Source of the DNA: Planctomycetota bacterium
GTDB lineage: Bacteria > Planctomycetota > UBA8108 > SXIK01
DNA length: 64,000 bases
Assembly (NCBI GenBank): GCA_965223265.1
Contig: OZ244999.1
Location: 7,360,001-7,424,000 of the forward strand
Direction of reading: 5' to 3'
Shown: one piece after another, positions 8,131 to 19,073 of the stretch
How the letters are laid out: each line of letters begins with the position of its first letter
Numbering within the stretch: the stretch's first letter is position 1
The notes under the pieces: model-generated
Databases searched by the model: none
The model's input: the letters and a program-made list of their open reading frames with translations, nothing else
Told to the model about the DNA's origin: nothing
Translations under genes and position numbers: made by a program

Positions 8131-9351
8131 TCAACACCACGGTTGGATCCGCACGCTCGTCACCTGAAGATAACGCTCGCTCGGTTCGCAGACTGCCGTG
8201 GGGTAGTCGACGGGTAAACCACCAGTGCTGAGCACCGCGCATGACCGCGCGTCGCCGGCGAACGCAGCGTCGAGATGTTTCGTCAGCCGTGGTCCGCTAC
8301 GCGAGTTCATCGCCAGCCACAGGATGCCGCCGCGCTCGGCAGGAAGGAGGTCGGCAGCGAGACGCATCAACTTCGGATAATCGCTCTTCGCACTCCAGCG
8401 CGACGGTTTCGCCTGAGAAAAGGAGGGTGGATCGATGAGGATCAGATCGAAGCGAGTTTCGTCGGCGCGCGCACGCTCGAGAAAGCGAATCACGTCCGAT
8501 GTCACGAACTCGAAGGCTCCCTCGGCTCCCCCGGAACCAGAGTCGACGTCCACGCCAGCGAGCCGAAAGTTCTTCTGCGCCCAGGCATGTACACCGGCCG
8601 CGAGGTCAACGCTCGTCACACTCGTCGCACCACCGAGCGCCGCCACCAAGGACAGGCTACCAGTGTAGCTAAAGAGGTTGAGCACGCGTTGACCGCGGCT
8701 GCATGCGCGCAGCGCCAGGCGATGCTCACGCATGTCTGTGAACAGCCCCACGTTCAAGCCGCCGAGCGGGTGGATCACGTAGCGAACGCCGCTCTCGAGC
8801 ACCTCAAGCTCTTGTGGCGGCTGTGCGCCGATCACTTCCTGCTCCAATTTACCCGCCTTCGGAACCGCCCGCGGTCTCACTTTGATCACAACGCCGCGTA
8901 GCGCTTCGTCGTCGATGAGAGCGGCGGCGAGTTCACGCCCAAGCGCTTTCAGACCGCGCGACGCGACGTAGAGAACCGCGAACTCTGAAAAGACATCGAC
9001 CGCGAACCCTGGCAGCTCGTCGCCCGCGCCGTGAACGAGACGGTAGGCGGTTGTGGCGGCGGAAGGCACCCCAAGTCGCTCGCGCCAGGCGCGCGCACGC
9101 CGCGCGCGCGCGTGAAAGAAACGTACGTCGAATCGCTCCTCGTACTCTCGAGAGAGGATGCGCAGCACACCGTTTTCCGCGTCGACGACCGCCATGCCGA
9201 CGGTCTCGGAGTGGCGGTCGAGAAGCTGCAGCGGCCGCCCCGCATCGAGCGTCGGACCGGCGCTCGTCAGCTCGTCGAGTCGCACCACACTATGACCGTC
9301 TCGAACGCGCGCGGCAGCGCGATCAGGCAGATGCAGGGCGCGGGGAGGCAT
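8131..9351 (-). CDS. Class I SAM-dependent rRNA methyltransferase (RlmI/RlmK-like)
   Basis: AYRLVHGAGDELPGFAVD, GLFTDMREHR, VLNLFSYTGSLS and FDLILIDPPSF. Confidence 0.88.
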   Translation of the reverse strand: MPPRALHLPDRAAARVRDGHSVVRLDELTSAGPTLDAGRPLQLLDRHSETVGMAVVDAENGVLRILSREYEERFDVRFFHARARRARAWRERLGVPSAATTAYRLVHGAGDELPGFAVDVFSEFAVLYVASRGLKALGRELAAALIDDEALRGVVIKVRPRAVPKAGKLEQEVIGAQPPQELEVLESGVRYVIHPLGGLNVGLFTDMREHRLALRACSRGQRVLNLFSYTGSLSLVAALGGATSVTSVDLAAGVHAWAQKNFRLAGVDVDSGSGGAEGAFEFVTSDVIRFLERARADETRFDLILIDPPSFSQAKPSRWSAKSDYPKLMRLAADLLPAERGGILWLAMNSRSGPRLTKHLDAAFAGDARSCAVLSTGGLPVDYPTAVCEPSERYLQVTSVRIQPWC

Positions 9352-9746
9352 CGCGCGGACTCTCCCAGAAGGCTGTCTCAGATGACGACAGAGGACCGGC
9401 CTCCGAGTCAAAACCCGAGTTGTGGAGCCCGATCAGGCAGCAGGGATCGCTTGCGGCGTGCCGCGACGTGATCGCGCGGCACATTCGTGCATTGCCCGCA
9501 ACCGGGTGGGCGGCGGCTAGTGTTTCTTGCCCCAAGCTCGGTCGCGGCCACGCGAACCGCGGCGGCCGTGATTGGCCTTCTTGCTACGCCACTTGAACTT
9601 AAAGATTCTGCGCTTCCGTGCCATGGAAAGTCCTTTTCGAGAGATGACCGAAGCTCCTCTTCTACCCGATGGCGGTGAAGCTTGGCAAGGTTCTCGTTGG
9701 ATCGTCTCCTGGCGCGCTCACCGCGTCGCGGCAGGCGACCACCACT

Positions 9747-10667
9747 TCAGCCGGCCACATCGGCGCCGTCGGCGGGCCTTGCGGCATCGGTATCCCCAAT
9801 CAGCGAGTCGAGAAACTGTCGCGCGGTGCGCGTCAGCGTCTGACGCCGCCGATGGATGATCCCCACCGGTCGCCGCAGATCGAGGTCCGCCACGGGCACC
9901 GTTGCCAGCGTGCCGCGCTGGAGCTCCCGCTCGATCGAGGGTGCCGGCAAGATCGTCACCGCTTGAGAGACCTCGACCGCCTGTTTGATCGTCTCGACGT
10001 TGTCGAACTCGCTCAGAACGCTGACGCGCACGTGCTGGGCACGAAAGGCCTGATCAATCTTTCGTCGAATCGGCAAGTCCGGGTCGAACGCGACGAAGCG
10101 CTCACCGTCGAGGTCCTTGAGCCTCATCATTCGCCGCGCCGCCAGGCGATGTTCAGGCGGGCACGCGAAAACCATCGCCTCTTCCACCCACGGTCGAACG
10201 ACAAGGTCGCGGTTCGCGTGGGGGTAGGAAGTGACGCCCAAGTCGACCTCACCGTCGAGAACCGCCGCATTGACCTTGCTGGGATGGCAGTACTCGAGCC
10301 GTACGGTCGCCCCAGCGTAGCGACTCATGAATGCCTGGATCGAACCTGACAGCGTGTGCAGACCCACTGAGTAGATCGCTGCGACCCGCACCGCCTCGGT
10401 CCGTTCGGCGGCGCCGCGGCGAACCTCGTCGAGAAGACGCCGGTGGCGGTAGACGAGATCTTGGCATCCCTCATAGTAGCGTTCGCCTTCCGGCGTCGTC
10501 GTCAGAGGCCGCCGCCCTCGATCGATGAGGCGAAAACCGATCTCCCGCTCGAGGTGGGCGATCAACTGGCTCGCCGCCGGCTGTGAAATCTCGAGCGCTC
10601 GCGCGGCACGCGAAAAACTCTGTCGCCTAACGATCTCACAGAAGAGCTCTAACGTCTGTAGATTCAA
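9747..10667 (-). CDS. LysR family transcriptional regulator, divergent from gltBD
   Basis: SFSRAARALEISQPAASQLIAHLE helix-turn-helix; EFDNVETIKQAVE substrate-binding domain. Confidence 0.93.
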   Translation of the reverse strand: MNLQTLELFCEIVRRQSFSRAARALEISQPAASQLIAHLEREIGFRLIDRGRRPLTTTPEGERYYEGCQDLVYRHRRLLDEVRRGAAERTEAVRVAAIYSVGLHTLSGSIQAFMSRYAGATVRLEYCHPSKVNAAVLDGEVDLGVTSYPHANRDLVVRPWVEEAMVFACPPEHRLAARRMMRLKDLDGERFVAFDPDLPIRRKIDQAFRAQHVRVSVLSEFDNVETIKQAVEVSQAVTILPAPSIERELQRGTLATVPVADLDLRRPVGIIHRRRQTLTRTARQFLDSLIGDTDAARPADGADVAG

Positions 10668-10711
10668 TGCAAGCTTCCCTCGCGCGGTGGACCGCCGTCC
10701 CGCTCGACAAT

Positions 10712-10726
10712 ATAAGCTTATCTTAT
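10712..10726. promoter_or_regulatory. LysR-type binding box ATAAG-N5-CTTAT (T-N11-A)
   Basis: Dyad with the T-N11-A core in an AT-rich patch 45 bp upstream of the LysR start, between lysR and gltB. Confidence 0.65.
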
Positions 10727-11097
10727 TCTGTGCTGAATGTACGATTCAATTGATTTATTCTGGCGCTTGTGGCATGGTGGGAAGACTCAGCCCATCACAG
10801 TGACACCCTCCGGAGCCGAGCCCCCTCGGGAGCAGCTCGGTCACGGCCGATCGTAGAAATCGAGCTTGGGAGTGATGCTGCGCCGTTTTCGGCCAGACTT
10901 GGTTGGTCAGCCGGCTGCGGGTTGGGGAGATGTTTCGGATCGCGATGGGATCGCCGGTCGCGCGCGCCACAACAGCGGGCAGCGACCAGGAAGGTCGCCA
11001 TCGGGATCCCGGGGGATTGCATGCAGAGGGTCAACGAATCAAGCCGACGCCGGGCCGGCTCGCACCGCGGCGTCGCGATGGACGGAAAGTGAATGCG

Positions 11098-14000
11098 ATG
11101 AACGTGAACGCCAGGAACGACGCAGCGACACCACGACGGGGAGTGCCGCGGGCCCAGGGGCTCTATGACCCGCGCAATGAAAAGGACAGCTGCGGCGTCG
11201 GCTTCGTCGCCCACATCAAGGGCGAGCGGAGTCACCAGATCATTCTCGACGCGAATGAAGTGCTCCTCAACATGACGCACCGCGGTGCGTGTGGTTGCGA
11301 AGAGAATACCGGCGACGGCGCTGGATTCCTGACGGCACTACCGCACGAGTTCCTCGCTAAAGTCGCGAGAAGCGACCTACGGGTCGAGTTGCCTGCTGCG
11401 GGAGAGTTCGCCGCGGGTCTCGTGTTCCTACCGACCGATGCCAAAGAACGAGACCGAGCGAAGGCAGAGGTCGAGAGAATCGTCGCGGCCGAGGGTCAGA
11501 AGACTCTCGGTTGGCGTCGCGTGCCGACGCGCCCCAAGGAAGCAGACATCGGCCCCTCGGCGCTGGCGAGCGAACCCGTGATCGAGCAGTTGTTCGTCGC
11601 CGCCGGCGGTGGGCTTGCCGGGGATGCCTTTGAACGCCGACTTTATTCCGTGCGCAAGCAAGCGACGCGGCTCATTCGCGGCTCCCAGCATCCGCAGGCG
11701 AAGATGTTCTATGTCTGTAGCCTGTCGACGAAGGTGATCATCTACAAGGGCCAGCTCATGCCCGAACAGGTGATCCCCTACTTTCCCGACCTCGCCGACG
11801 CCGACTTCACCACGCATTTGGCGATGGTGCACTCACGATTTTCGACCAACACCTTTCCGTCGTGGGACCGAGCACAGCCCAACCGATTCATGAGTCACAA
11901 CGGCGAGATCAACACCCTGCGCGGCAACATGAATTGGATGCATGCCCGCGAAGGCGTTCTCAAGTCCGATCTCTTCGGCGCCCACCTGCCGAAGTTGTTT
12001 CCCATTGTCGAACCCGACTGTTCCGACTCGGGAACTTTCGACAATGCGCTCGAGTTCCTCCTCATGACGGGTCGAACGCTGCAGGAAGCCGTCATGATGA
12101 TGATTCCGGAAGCGTGGCAAAACCACGCCTCCATGTCGATCGAGAAGTCGGCGTTCTACGAGTATCACTCGTGCTTGATGGAACCGTGGGATGGGCCTGC
12201 GTCCATCGCATTCACCGACGGTCACTACATCGGTGCCGTCCTGGATCGCAATGGTCTGCGACCAAGCCGATTCTACGTCACCCACGACGACCGCGTCATC
12301 ATGGCGTCGGAAGTGGGCGTCCTGAAGGTCGATCCGGCGAACGTCAAATACAAGGGGCGCCTACAGCCCGGAAAGATGTTCCTGGTCGACTTCGAGCAGG
12401 GCCGCATCGTCGCCGACGAAGAGGTCAAGTCTGACATCAGCACGCGTCGGCCGTATCGCGACTGGCTCAAAGACCAGCGGATCGAGCTGAGTGAGCTCCC
12501 AAGTGGCGACGACGTGCCGCAGCGCGATCCAGATACGCTTTTGCCACGCATGAGGGCGTTCGGCTACACCGTTGAGACGCTGCAGTTCATGCTCGCGCCG
12601 CTCATCGAGCAGAAGCGAGATCCGGTTGGCTCGATGGGAAACGACTCAGCCCTCGCGTGTCTGTCGGATGAACCGCGACTGCTGTACGACTACTTCAAGC
12701 AGCTCTTCGCGCAGGTCACGAACCCGGCGATCGATTCCATTCGGGAAGAGATCATCATGTCGCTGTCGTGCTACATCGGACCGGAAGGGAACCTCCTCGA
12801 GACGACGGAGGCCCATGCCCACCGCCTCCTGATCCCGCACCCGATTCTCACCAACCCCGAGCTCGCCGCGCTCAAACGCATCGACTACCGTGGCTGGCGT
12901 GCGAAGACGATCGACATCACCCATCCGCGCTCCGAAGGCGAAGAGGAGATGCTTGCGGCGCTCGACCGCGTCTGTGCCGAAGCGGAGTCCGCGATCGATG
13001 ACGGTTACAGCCTAGTCGTACTGTCAGACCGCCAAGTGGGTCCGGACCGCGTTCCCCTCAGCGCCCTTCTCGCATGTGGGGCCGTGCACCACCATCTGAT
13101 CAGACAGACTAAGCGCACCCGCATCGGTATCGTGGTCGAGACGGGCGAGGCGCGTGAGGTGCATCACCACTGCCTTTTGACGGGTTACGGAGCCGATGCG
13201 ATCAATCCCTACTTGGCGTTTGAAGCGCTTTGGCAGGCGCGCGCCGACGGCGTTCTTGGCCATGAGTTCAACAACGACGAGGCCGTCGTTGTCGCCTATC
13301 GCAAAGGCGTCGCGAAAGGCATGCTCAAGGTCATGGGCAAGATGGGCATCTCGACCCTCCAGAGCTACAAGGGCGCGCAAATCTTCGAAGCGGTCGGGCT
13401 CACGGACGCTGTCGTCGACCGTTGTTTCGCGGGCACTGCGAGTCGCGTTCAGGGCTGCAGCTTCGACATCCTCGCGGCTGAGTCGCTACGCCGTCACGCG
13501 CTGGGGTATCCTCAGCGCGCCGAAGATCTGCCACTGCCGGTCTTGCCCAACCCGGGCGAGTTTCATTGGCGTAGTGGCGGCGAACGTCACATGTGGAGCC
13601 CAGAGGCGATAGCAGATCTCCAAGTCGCAGCACGCGCGAAAAACTCCGATGCGTACAAACGCTTTGCGACGGCGATCAACGATGACGCACGCAATCGATG
13701 CACCCTGCGCGGCCTTCTCAAGCTGAAGCGCGGCGCGGGCGGTCCTCCGTTGCCACTCGACGAAGTGGAACCGGCGAGCAAAATCGTGACGCGATTCTGC
13801 ACCGGTGCGATGAGCTTCGGGTCGATCTCAGCAGAGTCGCACGAGACCCTCGCCGTGGCGATGAACCGCCTCGGTGGCAAGTCCAACACGGGTGAAGGCG
13901 GCGAGGATCCCGAGCGCTTCAAGCCGCTGGCGAACGGCGATTCAAAGCGCTCCGCCATCAAACAAGTCGCATCGGGACGCTTCGGCGTCACGATCTGGTA

Positions 14001-15693
14001 TCTGACCAACGCCGACGAGCTGCAGATCAAGATCGCGCAGGGCGCGAAGCCGGGCGAAGGCGGCGAGCTCCCTGGCCATAAAGTCGACAAGAACATTGCT
14101 AGAATCCGCTACTCAACGCCGGGAGTCGGCCTGATTAGCCCACCACCGCATCACGATATCTATTCGATCGAGGATTTGGCGCAGCTGATTCACGATCTAA
14201 AGAACTCGAACCCATCGGCACGCGTCAGCGTCAAGCTCGTCTCGGAGGTCGGTGTCGGCACCATCGCCGCCGGCGTTGCCAAGGGGCACGCCGACCATAT
14301 TCTGATCTCCGGGCACGACGGCGGGACCGGTGCGTCGCCGCTGACCAGCATCAAGCACGCGGGATTGCCGTTCGAGCTCGGCATCGCGGAGACGCACCAA
14401 ACTCTCGTGCTCAACGACCTTCGTTCGCGTGTCGTACTGCAAACGGACGGTCAACTCAAGACCGGTCGCGACGTCGTCGTTGCCGCATTGCTCGGTGCCG
14501 AGGAGTACGGTTTTTCGACCGCTCCCCTCATCGCCCTCGGCTGCATCATGATGCGAAAGTGTCATCTCAACACTTGCCCTGTGGGCATCGCGACGCAGGA
14601 TCCAAAGTTGCGCGAAAAATTCGCCGGTGAAGCGGACCACGTCGTCGACTACCTCTTCATGGTCGCTGAGGAAGCTCGCAGCTACATGGCGGAGATGGGA
14701 TTCCGCACGATCGACGAGATGATCGGTCGGGTTGACGCGCTCGAAATCAACGACGCGATCCGCCACTGGAAATCCGACGGGCTCGATCTCACACCGATCC
14801 TCGCTCCGATAGAGAAGCCGCACGCCGATGTCGACGTCTACTGCACGACCAAGCAAAACCACGGCCTCGAAAAGGCGCTCGATGGCGAGCTCATTCGCCT
14901 GGCTGCTCCGGCGCTCGAACGCGGCGAGAAAGTCTCGATCGATTTGCCGATCATCAACACCAATCGCACGGTCGGCACGATTCTCAGCCACACCGTGGCG
15001 AAGGCATACGGCGAGAAGTGCCTGCCCGACGACACGATCCACATCAAGCTCAAGGGCTCCGCCGGGCAAAGCGTTGGTGCCTGGCTGGCGCGCGGCGTCA
15101 CGATCGAGCTCGAAGGAGACGCCAACGACTACGTCGGCAAAGGGCTCTCCGGCGGGCGCCTGATCATCTACCCGCCGCACGAGTCGACCTTCCGCCCAGA
15201 AGAAAACATCATCGTCGGCAACGTCGTCCTCTACGGCGCCACGGGCGGCGAAGCGTTTTTTCGCGGGCGTGCTGCTGAGCGGTTCTGCGTCCGCAACTCG
15301 GGCGCTCGCACGGTCATTGAAGGCGTCGGAGATCATGGCTGCGAATATATGACCGGTGGGCGCGTCGTGATCTTGGGTCCGACGGGACGCAACTTCGCGG
15401 CGGGTATGAGTGGTGGGATCGCCTACATTTGGGATCCGAAGGGCGAGTTCATCACCAACTGCAACTTGGGCATGGTCGAACTCGAGGAAGTCGTGACCTC
15501 CGAGGATTCGAATGAGTTGCGTACACTGATTGAGAAACACCGAGACGTGACGGGCTCGACCGTTGCTGCAGAGATTCTCGAGGACTGGGAGTCGTCTATG
15601 ACGCAGTTCGTCAAGGTGATGCCGACCGATTACAAGCGAGTTCTCGAAGAGGAAAAGAAAGAGCGAGGCGAGTCGCGGGCGAACGTCGCCTGA
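11098..15693 (+). CDS. gltB: Glutamate synthase large subunit
   Basis: [11 protein letters not shown] Ntn-amidotransferase start, [42 protein letters not shown] and GXGXG repeats; start probably 11089 or 11098. Confidence 0.98.
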   Translation: MNVNARNDAATPRRGVPRAQGLYDPRNEKDSCGVGFVAHIKGERSHQIILDANEVLLNMTHRGACGCEENTGDGAGFLTALPHEFLAKVARSDLRVELPAAGEFAAGLVFLPTDAKERDRAKAEVERIVAAEGQKTLGWRRVPTRPKEADIGPSALASEPVIEQLFVAAGGGLAGDAFERRLYSVRKQATRLIRGSQHPQAKMFYVCSLSTKVIIYKGQLMPEQVIPYFPDLADADFTTHLAMVHSRFSTNTFPSWDRAQPNRFMSHNGEINTLRGNMNWMHAREGVLKSDLFGAHLPKLFPIVEPDCSDSGTFDNALEFLLMTGRTLQEAVMMMIPEAWQNHASMSIEKSAFYEYHSCLMEPWDGPASIAFTDGHYIGAVLDRNGLRPSRFYVTHDDRVIMASEVGVLKVDPANVKYKGRLQPGKMFLVDFEQGRIVADEEVKSDISTRRPYRDWLKDQRIELSELPSGDDVPQRDPDTLLPRMRAFGYTVETLQFMLAPLIEQKRDPVGSMGNDSALACLSDEPRLLYDYFKQLFAQVTNPAIDSIREEIIMSLSCYIGPEGNLLETTEAHAHRLLIPHPILTNPELAALKRIDYRGWRAKTIDITHPRSEGEEEMLAALDRVCAEAESAIDDGYSLVVLSDRQVGPDRVPLSALLACGAVHHHLIRQTKRTRIGIVVETGEAREVHHHCLLTGYGADAINPYLAFEALWQARADGVLGHEFNNDEAVVVAYRKGVAKGMLKVMGKMGISTLQSYKGAQIFEAVGLTDAVVDRCFAGTASRVQGCSFDILAAESLRRHALGYPQRAEDLPLPVLPNPGEFHWRSGGERHMWSPEAIADLQVAARAKNSDAYKRFATAINDDARNRCTLRGLLKLKRGAGGPPLPLDEVEPASKIVTRFCTGAMSFGSISAESHETLAVAMNRLGGKSNTGEGGEDPERFKPLANGDSKRSAIKQVASGRFGVTIWYLTNADELQIKIAQGAKPGEGGELPGHKVDKNIARIRYSTPGVGLISPPPHHDIYSIEDLAQLIHDLKNSNPSARVSVKLVSEVGVGTIAAGVAKGHADHILISGHDGGTGASPLTSIKHAGLPFELGIAETHQTLVLNDLRSRVVLQTDGQLKTGRDVVVAALLGAEEYGFSTAPLIALGCIMMRKCHLNTCPVGIATQDPKLREKFAGEADHVVDYLFMVAEEARSYMAEMGFRTIDEMIGRVDALEINDAIRHWKSDGLDLTPILAPIEKPHADVDVYCTTKQNHGLEKALDGELIRLAAPALERGEKVSIDLPIINTNRTVGTILSHTVAKAYGEKCLPDDTIHIKLKGSAGQSVGAWLARGVTIELEGDANDYVGKGLSGGRLIIYPPHESTFRPEENIIVGNVVLYGATGGEAFFRGRAAERFCVRNSGARTVIEGVGDHGCEYMTGGRVVILGPTGRNFAAGMSGGIAYIWDPKGEFITNCNLGMVELEEVVTSEDSNELRTLIEKHRDVTGSTVAAEILEDWESSMTQFVKVMPTDYKRVLEEEKKERGESRANVA

Positions 15694-15806
15694 GGCCCAG
15701 CAAGACGCCGCCCCAACGCTCCCGCGGCGGCGACGACTGAACGCGCCCAAGTGACTCAGTCGCGCCTCGCATTGAAAGACAAACCGACCATCAAGGAGAT
15801 CCGCTC

Positions 15807-17270
15807 GTGGGCAAGCCGACCGGCTTCATGGAGCACGACCGAAGCGCCATTCCCTACCGCGACCCGCTGGAGCGTGTCGCCGATTTCGACGAGTTTCTCG
15901 TCAACGTTCCGGAAGAGCACCTGAAAAAGCAGGGCTCTCGCTGCATGGACTGCGGCGTTCCATTCTGCCAGTCCGCGACCGGTTGTCCGATCAACAACCT
16001 CATTCCAGAGTGGAACGACCTCGTCTTCCGCGGCCGCTGGCGCGAGGCCCTTGATCGTCTGCACAAGACCAACAACTTCCCTGAATTCACCGGTCGCGTC
16101 TGTCCGGCGCCGTGCGAAGGCGCTTGCGTCCTCGGCATCACCGACCCAGCCGTCACCATCAAAAATATCGAAAACGCCATCATCGACCGAGGTTTCGAAT
16201 CGGGTTGGGTGAAGGCGAAGCCGCCACGCGGGCGAACGGGAAAGTCCGTCGCGATCATCGGTTCCGGCCCGGCCGGACTGGCAGCGGCAGCTCAACTCAA
16301 TTCGGTGGGCCATCGCGTCACCGTCTACGAGCGAGACGATCGTATCGGTGGCCTTCTCATGTATGGAATCCCCAACATGAAGCTCGACAAGAAGATCGTC
16401 GAGCGGCGTGTGGATCTTCTGCGCGAAGAGGGGGTCGAGTTTGAGGTCAACGCCCATGTCGGCAAGAACGTCGATGTGAACGAGCTGAGGTCCGCAAACG
16501 ATGCCCTTCTGCTCGCATGCGGCGCGACTACACCGCGCGATCTCCCCATCCCCGGGCGCGAGCTCAAGGGAATCCACTTCGCCATGGAGTACCTGCTCAA
16601 GAACACGAAGAGTCTCCTCGACTCAGGCCTCAACGACGGCAACTACATATCCGCGAAGGACAAAAACGTTGTCGTCATCGGCGGCGGCGATACCGGGACT
16701 GACTGCATCGGCACGTCAATGCGGCACGGCTGCAAAAGCTTGGTCAATTTCGAGCTCCTACCAGAGCCGCCGGAGCATCGCGCGCCCGGAAACCCGTGGC
16801 CCGAATGGCCGAGGATTTTCCGCGTCGACTATGGCCATGCGGAAGTCAAAGCGAAGTTCGGTGCCGATCCGCGCCAGTACTGCGTTTTGTCCAAAGAGTT
16901 CGTCGACAACGGCGACGGCGGCGTCGCAGCGATTCGCACGGTGCGGGTCGACTGGAAGAAGGACGACAGCGGTCGATTTCAGATGGAGGAGCGGCCCGGC
17001 TCTGAGGAAGAGTTCAAGGCCGACCTCGTCTTTCTCGCCATGGGTTTTCTTGGCCCCGAACAAACCCTCGTACCCGCTCTCGGTCTCGAGACTGATGACC
17101 GATCGAACTTCCGCGCCGAGTACGGCCGCTATGCGACCAGTGTCGAAGGCGTGTTCGCAGCGGGAGATTGCCGCCGCGGTCAGTCCTTAGTCGTCTGGGC
17201 GATCAACGAAGGACGCGAAGCCGCGCGCGAAATCGACCGCTACCTCGTCGGCTCGACCACGTTGCCGTAG
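15807..17270 (+). CDS. gltD: Glutamate synthase small subunit
   Basis: [38 protein letters not shown] and GQSLVVWAI. Confidence 0.98.
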   Translation: MGKPTGFMEHDRSAIPYRDPLERVADFDEFLVNVPEEHLKKQGSRCMDCGVPFCQSATGCPINNLIPEWNDLVFRGRWREALDRLHKTNNFPEFTGRVCPAPCEGACVLGITDPAVTIKNIENAIIDRGFESGWVKAKPPRGRTGKSVAIIGSGPAGLAAAAQLNSVGHRVTVYERDDRIGGLLMYGIPNMKLDKKIVERRVDLLREEGVEFEVNAHVGKNVDVNELRSANDALLLACGATTPRDLPIPGRELKGIHFAMEYLLKNTKSLLDSGLNDGNYISAKDKNVVVIGGGDTGTDCIGTSMRHGCKSLVNFELLPEPPEHRAPGNPWPEWPRIFRVDYGHAEVKAKFGADPRQYCVLSKEFVDNGDGGVAAIRTVRVDWKKDDSGRFQMEERPGSEEEFKADLVFLAMGFLGPEQTLVPALGLETDDRSNFRAEYGRYATSVEGVFAAGDCRRGQSLVVWAINEGREAAREIDRYLVGSTTLP

Positions 17271-17458
17271 GCGGGCAAAGCCATCGGCGACCACGCGCGG
17301 TAGCGGTGAACTCGCGTACCGCACGGGGTTCACTCCCGGCCCGGCGCACGGACCGGGAAGCCGGGACACGAAAGTCGTGAAGAATCGGGCCTCGCGAGAC
17401 GTCAAAGGATCAGCGATGGTCGAAAGCACGACATCGTCGGGTGAGCGCCAAGAAGGCT

Positions 17459-17490
17459 GAACGAAGGAGTGGGAGGCCCCTCCTTCGTTC
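17459..17490. other. Perfect 11-bp stem hairpin downstream of gltD
   Basis: GAACGAAGGAG-N10-CTCCTTCGTTC; no U-tract. Confidence 0.5.
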
Positions 17491-17612
17491 CGAAAGGGTC
17501 AGAAGGCACCTCCGACAGCGATTGATTCCCGGAATGTCGGCCGCTTCCGCCTTCTCATCGTACTCTTTGAAGACTGAAGAACTCTGATGCGGCCCGCCGC
17601 GAAAACGACGCT

Positions 17613-18257
17613 ATGGTTCAGGTCAGCAAACAGTTTCTACGACATCACGCCCAGATTCCCGAAGTAGCGAGATACGTCCTTGCGGGCGTTCCACCGCTCG
17701 TCGTCGCCGTTGGGTTTCTTTTCTTGCTACGTGCCGAGCTGAGTGGGACGGCGACCGAGCTTCCCGCGCTGCCGTTTCTGTACGGCTGGTTTCTCCTCGA
17801 GCTGATCGCGCTGTGGTGTATGCCCCTGATCTACCTCGGATACAAAAAAGGGGGAGCAAGATGGGGCGCCGTAGCCAATGTGACCATCGCTGTGACGGCG
17901 ATCGGGCTACTGATCGCAGGGGCGACGACGGGCTTTCCCGCGCTGGCGGCGATGGCGTACGGATCCGTCCTGATTCTGAACAAGTGCCTCACCCTCGGCC
18001 TCGCCGGTCGCGCGCGTGAGCTGCGCGAAGCCTTCATGCTGCGGATCTTGATCAGCAGCGCGACGTGGTTTTTCTCGGTGGTCGCGGCCGCACTCGTGCT
18101 CCTCGTGGCAGCTCGCTTCCGCGGTATCGAGATTTGGGAAGAGCGCAACCTCGTTAAGTGCTGTCTGCTCCTCTCGGGCACGATCTACTTCGCGATGATC
18201 GCGGCGCTGGAGTTCTTCCTCGCCATTCCGTCGCGGCTGCGGGACTCGACGACGTAG
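17613..18257 (+). CDS. Multi-pass membrane hypothetical protein
   Basis: About six hydrophobic segments in 214 aa. Confidence 0.7.
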   Translation: MVQVSKQFLRHHAQIPEVARYVLAGVPPLVVAVGFLFLLRAELSGTATELPALPFLYGWFLLELIALWCMPLIYLGYKKGGARWGAVANVTIAVTAIGLLIAGATTGFPALAAMAYGSVLILNKCLTLGLAGRARELREAFMLRILISSATWFFSVVAAALVLLVAARFRGIEIWEERNLVKCCLLLSGTIYFAMIAALEFFLAIPSRLRDSTT

Positions 18258-18342
18258 TCCGCGGGTAGACGGTCAGTCAGCGCGACCCCTGCAGCAAACC
18301 GAGCTCGGTCGGACGCGACCACGCAACGAGATCCCGCGCGGA

Positions 18343-18975
18343 CTACGCATTCAGTTTTTCTAGGAGTCCGCCGACGCTCAACCCGTCCGAGCTGCCGGCT
18401 CGAACCAAATACGCGAGCCGGCCGCCGGCGTCATCACACCGAGACATCGAGAAACCACCGCGACCATAAACTCGATCGAGAATCGACTCGAGTGCGCCTC
18501 GCAGCTGAGATTCAGCCTCATCGGCGCCAGAGAAAAGGACCCGGTCGTTGATCGTTACCTGCAACTCGCCACAGTTCGGTTGCGCGGCGCCCTGCATCTC
18601 CGGCTCAGCGAGAAGACGCTGGGCCTTCTCCAGCAGCAGCTGGAGCGCCTGAGCGAAACGCTCGTCGTGACTACCCTGAAGACGTCGTCGTGTCGAAAGC
18701 AGGACTCCTGGTCGTCCTGCGGCCCAGTCGACGCTCAAAACCCACCGTTTACTTACCAAAACGATCCCCGGACCATCCGGAACGTGGGCGTAGTCCTGCA
18801 AATCGATGATCTCCTCGCCCTCCTCGCCGCGCCAGCGGCTGAAGACGGCAAGCAGGCGATCGCTCACCGCATCTCGATCGTGGCTCGTCGTGAGAAAGAG
18901 CTTCAGATCAAACTTCTGGAGACCGGCCCCGACGATCACTTCAGTCGGGGACTTGCCGTCGTGACTCTGAGACAT
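18343..18975 (-). CDS. Hypothetical protein downstream of the nitrite/sulfite reductase
   Basis: AAGGA ribosome-binding site; motif-like IIDLQDYAHVPDGPGIVL and INDRV; co-oriented with the reductase. Confidence 0.7.
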   Translation of the reverse strand: MSQSHDGKSPTEVIVGAGLQKFDLKLFLTTSHDRDAVSDRLLAVFSRWRGEEGEEIIDLQDYAHVPDGPGIVLVSKRWVLSVDWAAGRPGVLLSTRRRLQGSHDERFAQALQLLLEKAQRLLAEPEMQGAAQPNCGELQVTINDRVLFSGADEAESQLRGALESILDRVYGRGGFSMSRCDDAGGRLAYLVRAGSSDGLSVGGLLEKLNA

Positions 18976-19073
18976 GAGAATCTTTCCTTGGGACGAGCGT
19001 CAGGGGAAGGCGACGATCACCGCTTTCTTTCAGGCAACCGAGCCCCGCACGCCGCTGCCGCTCGCTGACTATC

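Noticed and set aside
14197-15750. Long antisense ORFs (also 27568-28863, 46737-47762, 53352-54458)
   Set aside because: Shadow frames of well-supported genes in GC-rich DNA
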